Shown: positions 40,841 through 52,200, counted from the first letter of the stretch. The stretch is DNA of 64,000 nt from an uncultured Chloroflexia bacterium (GCA_963841385.1 CAWJCO010000002.1:361172-425171); one strand, 5' to 3'. Numbers and translations are program-made. Notes: generated from the sequence alone by a model not told the origin.

Positions 40841-42213
40841 TCAGTCCCCGCCCACGAGTTCATGATATGTGTAGTCAAAGGACTGGATACCAACGTCCCG
40901 GTAGGTGAGGTTGACATCGCCGAGGGGACTCGGCGAGTTTATGGACGCGACGCAGTGGCATCGAGTAGTTGATGTGTGCCACACGTACCTTCGGGGTGGT
41001 GCTCAGTGTCGGAAGAACGAGCGTGGCTTGCTCAGGGATATCGAAGATCGAGCGCGGCTGAGCCTCGTTCTCCTTGGCCTTGGCCTCCGGGAGGGCTTGC
41101 TTGCGCGCGTTTGTGTAATCAATCCAGGCTCGGGAGGCATCACGCATATGCTGACGGGCGTGTAGGAATAGGTCGGTGGAGGCGTCGACGCTCCTCTTCG
41201 TGGTCGTCAGGGGCAGCAGAGTTGGATCGTCTGCTGAGAAGAGGACGAGCCCGATGAAGCCGGCGTACTGGGGATGCCATCTCGGCCAGTCGTCGGTGCC
41301 CCAGCCGGAGAGCTCGGTACGGTCGGCTGCGACAACGATGCGACCGTTGCACGCGACGTACCAGCCGGAGCGGTCCTCGGAGCGGATGGCTTCGTCCGGT
41401 CCGACGTCGTCAGGGGGTGGTGACACCATGCCTGCAAGCACTTCGACGTCGACGGGCGTCCCCTGTGACGCGTCGGAGTACGTCTTCCGAATGGGGACAA
41501 AGTCTTGACTGTGACGGAAGTCAAGTTGCCAGGAGGGGAGCGGGCGGTCGTTGACGGTAATGCGGAGTCCCTGCCTAAGGTAGAGGGCGTAGTCGCGGGC
41601 GATAGTGCGACGAAGCCCGAGGACGAAAGCCGGGTTTCCGAACGCCGTGGATGTCTCGGGGTGCAGCTGTTGGACCGTGATCACGACGCCGTCCTGAGGA
41701 AGAGGGCGATCAGGCTCAAGGTCGAAGTCCCAGTCACGGCGTGTATCGGCCAACCACGAGGGAACGTCGATCGGGACGCGGAAAGAGTTCTCGAGGATGG
41801 TTGGGAGGCGTGTAGGTGCTGCGGATCATGACGTCAGCGCCCATCTTGAAGACGGCGCGCTTCATACCAATGCCATAGACGCCGATGGCGTAGCGCTCGG
41901 GCTTATCGGTCTCCTTCCGGCCGAAGGTGAAGGCGTAGTCCGCGGCGTCGTCCAGGGTGATGCCTCCACAGTTGTCCTTAATGTCGAATCTCGTAGGGGT
42001 TGCCGTGACCACGATGTGATACGGAGAGAGGTCGGCCGACGCGTCGAGACTAGGGCGGCTGCTACCTTGGCGTCGCCACGCGCTGTCGACGCTATTGTCG
42101 ATGAGGTCGAGGATACAATCCTGCAGTGAGATGTCGCGGGTGACCATGCGAACGAAGAAGGCCTTCGTAGGGTTCGCGTCGGCTTTCCTGTTGTGAGTCG
42201 GTGCGAGGGTCAT
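40841..42213 (-). pseudogene. GHKL (MutL/MORC-like, HATPase_c_3 plus S5) ATPase with two +1 frameshifts
   Basis: N box LDLIDNSVD, G1 DNCGGI, G2 IGVYGIGMK; S5 region GWYVACNGRIV, LPLTTTKR. The frame shifts near 41800 and at the G4 run 40925-40928; the restored C-terminus is LGDVNLTYRDVGIQSFDYTYHELVGGD* ending at 40841. The 1373-nt span equals 457 codons plus 2 nt. Confidence 0.85.
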
Positions 42214-42673
42214 GGGAGGGCGGCGTGGTCGCGGCCACGGCTCTTCGATGGCAGGGGTGGGGGTGGTGGGTCAGGCAAGAGGGTGGGGGAGACGGCCCTC
42301 CGGAGCGTCTCGGCGCTTTCGCGCCCTTCGATACTTTTCATGCGCCTGCGGGAGGGAAGCGGGATGAGGTCAAGTGGCCGTTTAGCCGGGGCCGGAGATG
42401 CCGGCGGGCTGGTATACAGCATCGTGCGAGAGAGTTCACGGCGTGGATTGGTAGGCAGCCTGGCGAAAGCCTACACCGTCGCCCGCCCGTTTGGCGGGGG
42501 GGCTGGTACTGCCGTTGCGTGACGGGTGGGAGCTTGAGATCAGGACCGCCGGCCGTGTTGAGCGTGGCACCCGAGCAGCAAACTCCAGGAGTTGTTCCGC
42601 TCCCCCGCGATCGTTGCATCCAACCCGGGGGGCGGTCAGTCCCGGCCTTCCGTTCCTGAAACGGGCTGGGGGT

Positions 42674-43456
42674 TCAAGCTGCTCCCATGGCTCGCCTGAG
42701 CGTCCCCAAGCGAAGAAGGTCGTCGATATGTGCCCTTAGACCCAGCGCGATGTCGGTCCCGCGAAGTAGGACACCAACCTCCAAGTTGCGAGCCGATCCT
42801 CGCTCAGTGAGGTTGGCGCTGGTGATGAACGCCGTGCTCCCGTCCACCAGGACGAGCTTGGCGTGGAGGGAGCCGCCACTCGGCGACCGTTCGTGGGACG
42901 GCCAATGCAGTTGTTCGACCGGCAGGCCGCGAAGCACTCGACCCGGATCACCACGGAAGCCCGGGTTGTCAGCGGGGTCCTCGGCGAGGACGACGACGTG
43001 GACCCCGCGGCCCGATGCTTCGACCAAGGCCTCGCGAAGCTCCTCATACATCTGGAGGGCGAAGGTGACCAGCAGCACCTCTTCGTGTGCCTCGCTGATG
43101 AGCTGAAGTAGGACCTGCTCGGTGCGTCGGGCGTGGAGGGCGCCACTGCTCGGGCCGCTCACTACCAGCTCGACCTCGCTCGAACGGCGGGCGGAGGCGT
43201 GGGCGTGGGCTGCTGCCGCCACCGCGGTACCGACAGTCAGCCCAGTTACCTCAGGACATGAGCGCCAGCTTGCGAGTAGCTGATCGACCGCCGCAGCGAA
43301 CGGCGCCGTCGGGATGAGCGCCGCGATCGACACCGCTTCGTCGGGGGACCTCGCCTCGTCGAGGGCACGGCCGAGTCGCTCTGCCTGAGCTGGAGGGAGG
43401 CTCCGGGCCGCAAGGACCGCGGCTTCCAGTAGCTGGCGCGGTGGCCACTCGGTCAC
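42674..43456 (-). CDS. drmC: DISARM phospholipase D-like nuclease DrmC
   Basis: VELVVSGP, RRTEQVL, HKD motif LHAKLVLVD....ITSANLT, NLEVGV. Follows drmB. Confidence 0.9.
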   Translation of the reverse strand: MTEWPPRQLLEAAVLAARSLPPAQAERLGRALDEARSPDEAVSIAALIPTAPFAAAVDQLLASWRSCPEVTGLTVGTAVAAAAHAHASARRSSEVELVVSGPSSGALHARRTEQVLLQLISEAHEEVLLVTFALQMYEELREALVEASGRGVHVVVLAEDPADNPGFRGDPGRVLRGLPVEQLHWPSHERSPSGGSLHAKLVLVDGSTAFITSANLTERGSARNLEVGVLLRGTDIALGLRAHIDDLLRLGTLRRAMGAA

Positions 43457-43527
43457 CGTGTCCACGGATCGCCTACTGCTCGTGAGGGAGGTGCTACCGG
43501 GCTCACGATTGTGCGCTTCTCCATTGG

Positions 43528-45447
43528 TCAGCCGGCCGGTGACCCGAGCAGCGCCTCGAGTGCCACATCGCCATCCGGGTCGAGCGACACCACCAGGCCC
43601 CGGTCGAGGAACCGGTTCCCGTTCTCGCAAGTAGTCTCTGAGGCGAAGAGGCAAGCGTGGCATGCGGCGGCGTGGAGCGCGTCCTCGGTGGCCAGCGGCA
43701 CGTGCTCAGCGCAAAGCGGATCGGACGAGCAGCGCTGCGCGTGCTGGAAGGCGGCCTCGAGGATGGGGGCGAGGCGGTGAGGCTCGGCGAGCCGGACCAG
43801 CCCTCCGAGGGTCCCTTCGCTATCGGTCGCGGCAGTGTACAGGAGAATTCCGGCTCGCTCCGGGTCGCTCTTCCCATAGATCCGCTCCCGGATGCTCGCC
43901 GCCGAGTAGCCGCACTCCAGGGCGATCTCACGGACCAGCAGGTGAGCCAGGGTGTGAAGGAGGAGGTAGCGATCCCCGGGCCACCGTTCATGGGGATCAC
44001 CCTCCAGGCCGCGATTTGCCCTCCATCGCGGGTAAGCGTCGCGCAGCGCCTGAAGACGCCAACTCTTGGCCGCTCGCGCTTCCCACCTCCGGACCACGTC
44101 GGGGCGCAGAACGAGGAAGATGCCCTCTCCATGGGTGACGGCGGCTGGAACCCAGTTGGTGTCGCCACGGCTGATCGGGGCTCGCCGTGCCCCGTCGATC
44201 CGCCCCCACTCTGGGGCCTCGACGCGAGTGAACCCGACCAGAGCCCTGGTCTCGCGGAGCCGGCCGATCTGGACTACGCGATCGAGAAGCCCGGCCCATC
44301 GCTCCGGAACCGCCACCTCGCGGGCGGTGAAGTCCGGATCGTCGCGGCGCGCTCCCCGGTCGACAAGGACCTCGTACTCGCGCGCGAGCAGGTCGACCGG
44401 CTCAGCGGGCACCGCCTCATCCTCCCGCTCTCGCTGCCGGACCACCTCTGCCTGGATGAGCTCGAAGGGGAACGTTTGCCCCAGCTCGCGCAGTTCAGGG
44501 TGGGTCTGCAGCGCGTAGCGGAGGACCAGCTGGTCCGCCGCGCCGCGCAGGAGCGCCCAGCGATGCTCGACCGCTGTCGCCAGGTCCCCGGCCGCGCTTG
44601 GGATGTAAAGGGCGCTCTCCACCAGACCGAACCACTGGTTCGACGCCCCGAGGACCATGGTCCTCACCGTCTCCGGACACCCGTCTTCGAAAAGGGCGAG
44701 GTGAGGGTGCCGACCCCGACACCCGGGGAGAGCACCACGCTCCGGCACGCGGTGGTGGCGCAGGGCGTCTCGCATGGTGCGCTGGGCTCCGCAGCTGCAG
44801 CGGAGGGTGACCATGGAACCGACCGTCGACCCCGGGTCCTCCATCCGCAGCCTGCCCTCTGGGCCGTCGGGGCACACCGTCGCCTGGTGGGTGTATTCAA
44901 GGTACGGGAAGTCATCGAGGTGGCCGGCGGCACAGACGAGGACGAACCGGGCCGGGATTGCGGTCGGCGGCTTAGAGCTCCGATTTCCCGGGGGCAGTCC
45001 CGGGCATTCCGAATGCACGAACCTCGCCTCGTCGGGCCGGTACGGATTGCGGTTATCGAGGCGGAAGGGGCGGTCGCCGTCAGCGCTGAGGCCGGCGAGA
45101 AGGTTGCAGCGGGTACAGCGCATCCAGCGGGGGAACGGGGCGACCGGAATCCCCACGCGGTTTGCCTCGGCGACGTCGTGCGGATCGTCGGCGCCTCGCC
45201 AGGGTGGCTGACGGAGATGGCGAACCTGAGGCCCGAGCACCTGGCGGACCCGCTGTAGGAGACGTGGCTCGGTCAGCTCCGGCAGCTCGGCGTAGCGATG
45301 GTCCCAGTACTCCAGTCCCCTGATGACGACGGTGAGGTGGGGGAGATCGACGATCGCGCCGACACCGTCCGAGTAGAGAAGTGCGTTGGGGCGGAGACTT
45401 CCCACTCTGCGGTTGGGGCGCGGGTCGGGCGCGGGTCCGATCATCAT
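43528..45447 (-). CDS. drmB: DISARM DUF1998 protein DrmB
   Basis: RP..L....GVGAIVDLP, FPRWMRC..C, RFVLVC..GHLDDFP, GEGIF, LHTLAHLL, CGYSAASIRERIY, DSEGTLGGL, CSSDPLC, AACHAC....ETTCE. Confidence 0.93.
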   Translation of the reverse strand: MMIGPAPDPRPNRRVGSLRPNALLYSDGVGAIVDLPHLTVVIRGLEYWDHRYAELPELTEPRLLQRVRQVLGPQVRHLRQPPWRGADDPHDVAEANRVGIPVAPFPRWMRCTRCNLLAGLSADGDRPFRLDNRNPYRPDEARFVHSECPGLPPGNRSSKPPTAIPARFVLVCAAGHLDDFPYLEYTHQATVCPDGPEGRLRMEDPGSTVGSMVTLRCSCGAQRTMRDALRHHRVPERGALPGCRGRHPHLALFEDGCPETVRTMVLGASNQWFGLVESALYIPSAAGDLATAVEHRWALLRGAADQLVLRYALQTHPELRELGQTFPFELIQAEVVRQREREDEAVPAEPVDLLAREYEVLVDRGARRDDPDFTAREVAVPERWAGLLDRVVQIGRLRETRALVGFTRVEAPEWGRIDGARRAPISRGDTNWVPAAVTHGEGIFLVLRPDVVRRWEARAAKSWRLQALRDAYPRWRANRGLEGDPHERWPGDRYLLLHTLAHLLVREIALECGYSAASIRERIYGKSDPERAGILLYTAATDSEGTLGGLVRLAEPHRLAPILEAAFQHAQRCSSDPLCAEHVPLATEDALHAAACHACLFASETTCENGNRFLDRGLVVSLDPDGDVALEALLGSPAG

Positions 45448-48400
45448 CCGGCTTCCACGACGGTGCGGGCCGCGATTACTCCCATCTCGTCCACCATCAG
45501 GGGCTCGTCAGTCTCTTGGGCATCGCCGTCGGTGACGGGCTCCGGTGGGGGAGGAAGGACCCACGCTGGCCGCTCGCGGACCTCTTCAGCCGCAACCTCG
45601 ATGAGAAGGTTGACCTCGGGCTCCACGTCACGCAGCGACCACGGCACCGACCAGCGCTCCCACCGGCCGGGCGCGGTCTCGAGGAGGGGAACCATGCCAT
45701 CCGCGCTCCGCGAGTAGGTGAGATGGCCCGCTTCGAGCCCGCGCCGTCGACGGTCCCAGTCGTCGAGGAGCTCGCGGCAGCGACGGCGCAGCTCCTCGGC
45801 GCTCTCCACATCGGAGGTGACGTCATGGGCACGAGCGCTGATCCATTCGATCGCCGCCGCGACATCGGCGTCGCCTGCGGTTACCCCGTGGGCGCCGGTC
45901 TCTACCTCGATGTCGGCGCGGGCGTGACGGATCGCGGAGACGAGCACGCCGACCAGCCCGCGATCAAGGGCGCGCTCAGCGAAGGGGGTGGCGGAGAGCG
46001 GCTCGACCCGGGCGTAGGCGGTGGCGTGGAAGTGCCCGAAGGTCTCGAAGTGAGCCAGATCTCGGGGCCGAGCCCAGTTGGCGATGGTCACGACCAGTCC
46101 GGGCCGCGAGGGGTCGCGGCCGATCCGGCTCGTCGCCTGGATGTACTCAGCGGTCGACTTCGGCTGACCGGTCACCACCATGAGGCCGAGGCGGGGGATG
46201 TCGACCCCAACCTGGAGCATGCTCGTCGAGAGCACGATGTCGACGGGAAGGGCGTCGGGTGCGTGCCGGGGGAGCGTGTCGAGGGCGGCTCGCACCTCTC
46301 TCTGTTGGTCCGTACCTCCTGAGCGGCGCCTGCGCAGCAGCGCCAACCTCTGCTCCCGGGCCGCCGTCGAGTCGATGCCGGGATCGAAGCTGAGCTCGAG
46401 TGCCCCGAGAGCCCTGGTGATCTCCTGACTGGAGATGCGCGAGGTTAGCTCACGCACCTCCGGCGCCGGCCGATTGCGGAGCCCGCGGCGGTGCTGCTGG
46501 CGTAGCCGGGTGGCGATGTCGTCGTCTACGAGCCGACGCATCCCGGCCAGCTCGGTCCGCGACGAGAAGTAGTCGACGAGTGTCATGTAGGGGTCAGCTA
46601 CCTCTCCGTGCTCATCGAAGAGGAGTTGGGCTGCCGCGAGCAGGATCTGGGCGACGCGGATCTGGACCTGCTTGAGGCGCTGGCCATGGGGACAGACCCC
46701 CACGTAGCGTCGCCCGGGATGTGCCGCGTCGACTGCCACCTGGCGCGAAAAGAACGTCTCGCCGGCATCGAGAACGGGCGGCGGGAAGATCGCGACCTCA
46801 CGGTCGAAGATGGCGTGGACCTGTTCGCTGGCCCTCCTTACGGTGGCGGTGGAGGCGACTACCTTGGGGCGTACGCTCCGTTCGCCGACGACCCACGAGG
46901 AAAGCCGGTCGACGGCGGCCTCGTACAGGGCGACCATCGTGCCAAGCGCGCCGGAGATCAGGTGCAGTTCGTCTTGGATAATGAGGTCGGGGGGGCGCAA
47001 TGGGAGGCACCGTTCGGGTTGAGTCGCCGGCCACGGCCCGCGCCGGGGGTGACGCCCGCGGCACTCGGTGCGCCCGGTGAGGTCGTCGTGCTGGTACCCG
47101 TGGCGAGCGCAGATGGTGGTAGTGCGGCCGAAGAGGAGCCCTGTGTACCCGCGCAACGGAAGCTGGGCGAACTTGTCGACGGTTCCGATGAGCAGGCTGG
47201 GGCAGAGGCGGAAGATCTCCTCGTCAACGGTGACGGCCGGGATTCCCTCGCCCCACCTCGCCGACTGACGGCGCGAGAAGGGACAGGTGCCGTCAGGGTC
47301 ACCGCACCAAATGAGCGTGCGGCGGCGGTCGTCGTCGCAGTCGACGTCCTGTCCGGGCCGCAGCTCGCGGGCGCACCAGGGGCAGCGCAGGAGCTGGACG
47401 GGGTTGTTGGTGGGCGTGTTGGCGTATTGGTGGCGGAGGGCAGTCACGGCTAGGCGGGCGTCCTCGTACCAGTTAGGGGCAACCTGCGCCCCGACCCAGA
47501 GGCCAACCCGGAAGGGGACATCCCCCCACGGGTTGGAAGACCCGTCCGCCTCCGCGGCAAGGGCCGCCTCGCGGCGGAGCTGCTCGCACGCGCACATGAG
47601 GGTCGCGGCGCGCTGGTATTGCTGCGCGGTGAGGAGGCGTAGGGTGTAGCGCATCATGGCCGCGATACCGGCGCCGCCGTCTCGGGCTTGGTCGCCCTCG
47701 CCCACCACCCCGTGAAGACGACGGATCGCGACGGCGTAGGCAACGAGGCCTAGGTAGGCCTCGGTCTTGCCGCCGCCAGTGGGGAAGAAGAGCAGGTCGA
47801 CGACTCCCGGACCATCTTCGGCTGCGGCCTGGGCTCGGTCGGGATGGGTGGGGTCGGTGAGCGACGGCAGGTTGAGGAGGACGAATGCGAGCTGGAAGGG
47901 TCGCCACGAATGTCGGCGCGGCTCGTCGACCTCGTGCTCCGCCTCCGCGAGTGGGATCTCCGGACGCTCGCGGCGGAGAGACGCGATCTCGGTATGGACG
48001 CGCTGCAGCGCCATAGCCCGATTGGCGAACCGCCACGCCTCCCAGGCCCGGTCATCGCGAGCGAGGAGGTCGATCCCAGCCTCGATCCGTGCCGCCGCCC
48101 GGCGGGCATGGTGGATGTGGTGGTTCGCGATGTTGGCATGCCCTTCCAGGTTCGGGTCACTCTCGAGTTGCGCCTCCTGCGCGTCAAGCCAGCCCTGGTA
48201 ACCGTCGACGAGAGGGCGCAGCCCCGCGATCACGGCGGATCGTTGGCCCGTGACGAGGGTGTCCATGTCGAGGATGGCGGGGTCAAGGCCCGGGAACTCC
48301 GAGGGGTCGGGGGCCACGGTCTGAGCGATGTCAAAGGTCGGGAGCCACGTGGTAGTGAGGCGCCAGGCCCGCTGTTCTCCCGGCCTCTGATCGGCGTCGA

Positions 48401-49232
48401 CGGCGACGTTGCGGCCGACCGCGAACTCCCGGCAGGCGCGATACAGGAGATCGAGGCCGCGGCGCTCGGCGTCCGCCGAAGGGCCGGTGTCGCTGGCACC
48501 CAGATGAGAGGGGTCGTTGTGGGGAAGGAAGGCCGCCGACGATCCGTCGGGGGCGGTGACGGTGAGCCGGGACTGGTAGAGGCGGGCCTCGTCGCGGTTG
48601 TGCTCCGGTTCGGTCTGGAAGTTGACGAGGGCGAGGTCGATGATCCGCACGCGTCCCCTGAGCCGCGTCCGGGAGCGGAGCAGCACGTGGGTATGACTGG
48701 GGTCAGGCACGATCGTCGCCTCTCCTCGGGTCAGGTCCAGGTCGACCCCACCACCGGCTTCCGATCGGCGCCAGACGCGACGAGGACGGCCGGCGTCGGT
48801 GAGCTGCTGTGAGGAAGGGGCGACCTCGTACCGCCCCCACGCGGCCTCGACGCGCAGCCCGGTGACCAAGGAGTTGACGCTAAAGGAGAGGCCCAGGGAC
48901 GCCGGCATCATGGAGCCTGCCACCGCGGCAGCATTGATGTCCGCGGAGCTTTCCCCTGTGCCGTCCTCCGCTGGCGTGTCGTCGATCAGCTCCGCCTCGA
49001 GAGGGGTACGGGCCGGGGAGAGGACGCCGACAATGTACCGCTCAGAGGGTGTGGACCCATACGGGAGCTCCTCGTCGGGGCCGAGCCACGGTCCCAGGAG
49101 ATCTCGGGAGAGGTACTGCGCCAACTCGTCGCGCACCTGCCGGGATGTCCAGGGAGGCTGAGCGATGGTTGCACGCTGAAGCGGCAGTTCACCATCAACG
49201 GCGTCGAGCGGGAGCCCGGCCGACTGGGTCAC
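45444..49232 (-). CDS. drmA: DISARM SF2 helicase DrmA
   Basis: WRPFQLAF, FPTGGGKTEAY, MRYTLRLLT.QQ, TVDKFA, PPDLIIQDELHLI, ASTAT, VGVDIPRLG, EYIQATSRIGR. Confidence 0.93.
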   Translation of the reverse strand: MTQSAGLPLDAVDGELPLQRATIAQPPWTSRQVRDELAQYLSRDLLGPWLGPDEELPYGSTPSERYIVGVLSPARTPLEAELIDDTPAEDGTGESSADINAAAVAGSMMPASLGLSFSVNSLVTGLRVEAAWGRYEVAPSSQQLTDAGRPRRVWRRSEAGGGVDLDLTRGEATIVPDPSHTHVLLRSRTRLRGRVRIIDLALVNFQTEPEHNRDEARLYQSRLTVTAPDGSSAAFLPHNDPSHLGASDTGPSADAERRGLDLLYRACREFAVGRNVAVDADQRPGEQRAWRLTTTWLPTFDIAQTVAPDPSEFPGLDPAILDMDTLVTGQRSAVIAGLRPLVDGYQGWLDAQEAQLESDPNLEGHANIANHHIHHARRAAARIEAGIDLLARDDRAWEAWRFANRAMALQRVHTEIASLRRERPEIPLAEAEHEVDEPRRHSWRPFQLAFVLLNLPSLTDPTHPDRAQAAAEDGPGVVDLLFFPTGGGKTEAYLGLVAYAVAIRRLHGVVGEGDQARDGGAGIAAMMRYTLRLLTAQQYQRAATLMCACEQLRREAALAAEADGSSNPWGDVPFRVGLWVGAQVAPNWYEDARLAVTALRHQYANTPTNNPVQLLRCPWCARELRPGQDVDCDDDRRRTLIWCGDPDGTCPFSRRQSARWGEGIPAVTVDEEIFRLCPSLLIGTVDKFAQLPLRGYTGLLFGRTTTICARHGYQHDDLTGRTECRGRHPRRGPWPATQPERCLPLRPPDLIIQDELHLISGALGTMVALYEAAVDRLSSWVVGERSVRPKVVASTATVRRASEQVHAIFDREVAIFPPPVLDAGETFFSRQVAVDAAHPGRRYVGVCPHGQRLKQVQIRVAQILLAAAQLLFDEHGEVADPYMTLVDYFSSRTELAGMRRLVDDDIATRLRQQHRRGLRNRPAPEVRELTSRISSQEITRALGALELSFDPGIDSTAAREQRLALLRRRRSGGTDQQREVRAALDTLPRHAPDALPVDIVLSTSMLQVGVDIPRLGLMVVTGQPKSTAEYIQATSRIGRDPSRPGLVVTIANWARPRDLAHFETFGHFHATAYARVEPLSATPFAERALDRGLVGVLVSAIRHARADIEVETGAHGVTAGDADVAAAIEWISARAHDVTSDVESAEELRRRCRELLDDWDRRRRGLEAGHLTYSRSADGMVPLLETAPGRWERWSVPWSLRDVEPEVNLLIEVAAEEVRERPAWVLPPPPEPVTDGDAQETDEPLMVDEMGVIAARTVVEAG

Positions 49233-52200
49233 ACCGTGCCATCCACGAAGAGCTCTCCCTGGGGTGAGCTGGGAGAAGTCATGCGGTGACTGCGGCTGCC
49301 CCTCCGAGCCGTCCCGGATCTCTGTTCCACCGCCCAGCGCTCGTGGTTCAGCTCAAGGAGGCGGTCCAAGACCTCGCGCTGCACCGCGGGGGCGACCGTC
49401 CAGCGCGCGCCCTGGCGGGTCTCGTGGTGGCCGTGCCCAAGGGTAAGGTCGTCCCAGCCATATGAGGAACACGCCGCCTCATCGACAGCGACGTGGATCT
49501 GTCGGAGGTTCTCGACCTCCGGGTCTCGGATCCGGGGATCGTGCATGAGGTTATACGTAGCAGTGAGGCCGAGTTCGCGGTCGAGCATGAGGGCGCGCCG
49601 CCCGCGCTCGAGCTGATCACCAACGAAACGGAGCGGGGCAGTCATCGGCGGGAGTGGGAAGGTCTCAAATACGTCAGACTTCGAATAGCGGAGGTCCCCC
49701 TTCAGGGTCGATGCGCGTGCTATAGCCCACCAGTAATGAAGCGAGCTGGATAGTAGGGCTAGCATGGCGGGGTCATCGGTCGTAAAGACGATGAGCGTTT
49801 GCTGAAACACCTGACGGGCGGAGACGAGGTGCGGCATTAGCGTCTTACTGGTCTGAGCGATCACCAGAACCCGCTCAAGACCGCTGATGTGCTCGTACAG
49901 CTCTGACCGCGGTGCCCAGTATTGCCACCAACAGTCGATGATGCGCTGATACCGTTGCGGATCCAGTTCTTTGCGCTCCGGCTTCACCCTATTCTGTACC
50001 CATTCCCAGGGTTCATGGTAAGTCGCGGCTTCCGCCTGAGATCTGAGTTGAAAGTCGATGACCCATCGCGAGCCAATTCCGAGAGGAGACTGTAGAAGAT
50101 CTTGTCCACCTAGGAATGGCCGAAGCACCTCGGCATTGCGCGGATCGTCCACGATCATTGTCTCGGCGTCGTGTGGGGAAACGGTAAAACCGATGCCATG
50201 CAAGACGCTGCCCTCGAACGCCGCGTGCTCGTTGGCCCGCAGTCTTCTCGACCGCCAATCAGTCCGCCCCGTTGGAGCTAAGCTTGGACTGATGGAGTGC
50301 ACTCGCTCGCCGTCGAGCATACTAACCACTGAGGTAGTCCGCTGTGGCGCCGATAAGCAGACGATTGCGAAATGCACGACGGCGCTTCGGCTTGGCCAGC
50401 GCTCGCTCTTGACGGCACTGTAGATTCGCCAGCCTTGGTCATGGAGCTGATCGAGACCGATTTCGCGACTATCTCCTTGAGCCACTGTGTTCGTCGCAAG
50501 CAGACCCAGAATAGCGCTTGGATGAGCGATGCGAGCGGCCTGCAAGAAGAAGAATGCCACGAGATCAGGTCGCTTCGCCCTCTTACCGTAGGCTACTGCA
50601 TCCCGCAGGTGGGTGCGATACTCTCCGCCAAGTATGCCACTGATATCACCGCCTCCGAGGTACGGCGGGTTACCGATCACGGCGTCGAACCCGGGGTGGT
50701 CGCCCTGGAAGACCTCGGGGAAGAGGAGCGGAAAGTGCGCGGGTCGCCGGACACTCCGCGATCGGTCAGTCAGGACGAATGAAACCTGCTCCTCCAGCGT
50801 GGCTGTGTCGGTGCTCGCCCTCCTGCTGTACGCCTCGGCGAGCTGCACCGCGAGGTCGTAGCTTCCCGCCGAGCCACCGCGAAGACTCGCCGCCGAAAGG
50901 GCGTCGGCGATGCGGGCGAGCCAACTCGTCACTTCCCGCGCCTGGTCGAGGAGGCGGCCCTTGTCCTCCGCGGAACGCACGTCGATCATGGGGATCCCGG
51001 TGATCTGCCGGCGGAGCTGCGCCGCTTCGCCGATGAGGCGGCCGACGTCACCCGGCCAGAGCGGCAGGCGGTCGTTGCGAACCTCGCCCGCGCGTGAGGT
51101 CATGGAGAGGTTGACCAGCTGGTCTGCGCTGGTGATGCCCAACAGGCTGTCACCGACCGCGATGCGGTCGTCCAGGAAGGTAAAGGGGCGGCTGCGGTCC
51201 AGGGTTACGAGCCACAGCGAGAGTTTGCACATCTCAACCGCCATGGGGTTGATGTCTACCCCGTAGATGCAGTGGTCGACGATCGCGCGGCGCGCGTCCA
51301 GCTCCTGGGCTGCGGCCGCTCGGTCGGTGACCTCCACGAGGAGACCCTCGTGCAAGGCACGGGACTCGATGAGCCGCGCTGCCAGATAGCGGGTGGCGGC
51401 GACCAGGAAGGCGCCGCTCCCCGCAGCAATGTCGATGACTCGGAGCGCGAGGATCTCGTCGGGCGGGCGCAGGCGCCAGGCGGCGCGGTCCTCGGTGTCG
51501 AGCGGCCCGGGCGCGTACACAAGTGGTTCGAGGGCGCCGACCACCACCCGCTCGGCGAGGGCTCGCGGGGTGTACACGGTGCCGGTGTGCGCGCGGTAGT
51601 CGCTCTCGGTCAGGTAGAGGCTGAGCGGCGGGTACACGACCGGGAGTTCGCGCGGGTCGCGGCGGAGCAGCCGGCCGAACGGGAGGATAGCCCGCGCGGC
51701 GGCCTCGTCGCCGCCGCAGGCCTCGAGCACCGCCCGCCACAGGCTGTCGTCGGCCTCGGCGAGGATCGCCTTTAGGATGGATGCCTCGCTGCGTCGGCCC
51801 GCCGAGCTGTCGGTGAGCGGCGCGAGCCAGCCGGCAAACTCCTCCGGTCCCTCCTCCAGCTTGAGCTCCATCTCACGCAGCGCCAGCTCCGGGCCGTCGC
51901 GCTCCCCACGCGAGTCGCTGGCGACGCCGAGCACCCAGTCGTCCGAGCGCATCGCGTCTTCGCCGATCAACCCCTCGTAGACGTAGCCGATCTGCTCGAC
52001 GTCGAGCTGCCGGAAGGAGATGCGCCGGCGCTCGCGGCCGAACCGGAGCGTCTGCAAGGCCTCCATGGAATGCAGGAGGGTGCGGTCGTCGATCGCAAGC
52101 GGCGTCGCGCCATCGATGGGATCGCCCGCCGAGGCACGTCCCTCCAGCCAGGGGAAGCGGTCGGGATCGAAGAGGCTTCCACCGTAAGCGGGAAGTCCGA

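Noticed and set aside
42214-42673. G-rich runs and short hairpins between drmC and the GHKL gene (G-quadruplex or ncRNA)
   Set aside because: Expected by chance at this GC content; no recognisable RNA family or convincing ORF.
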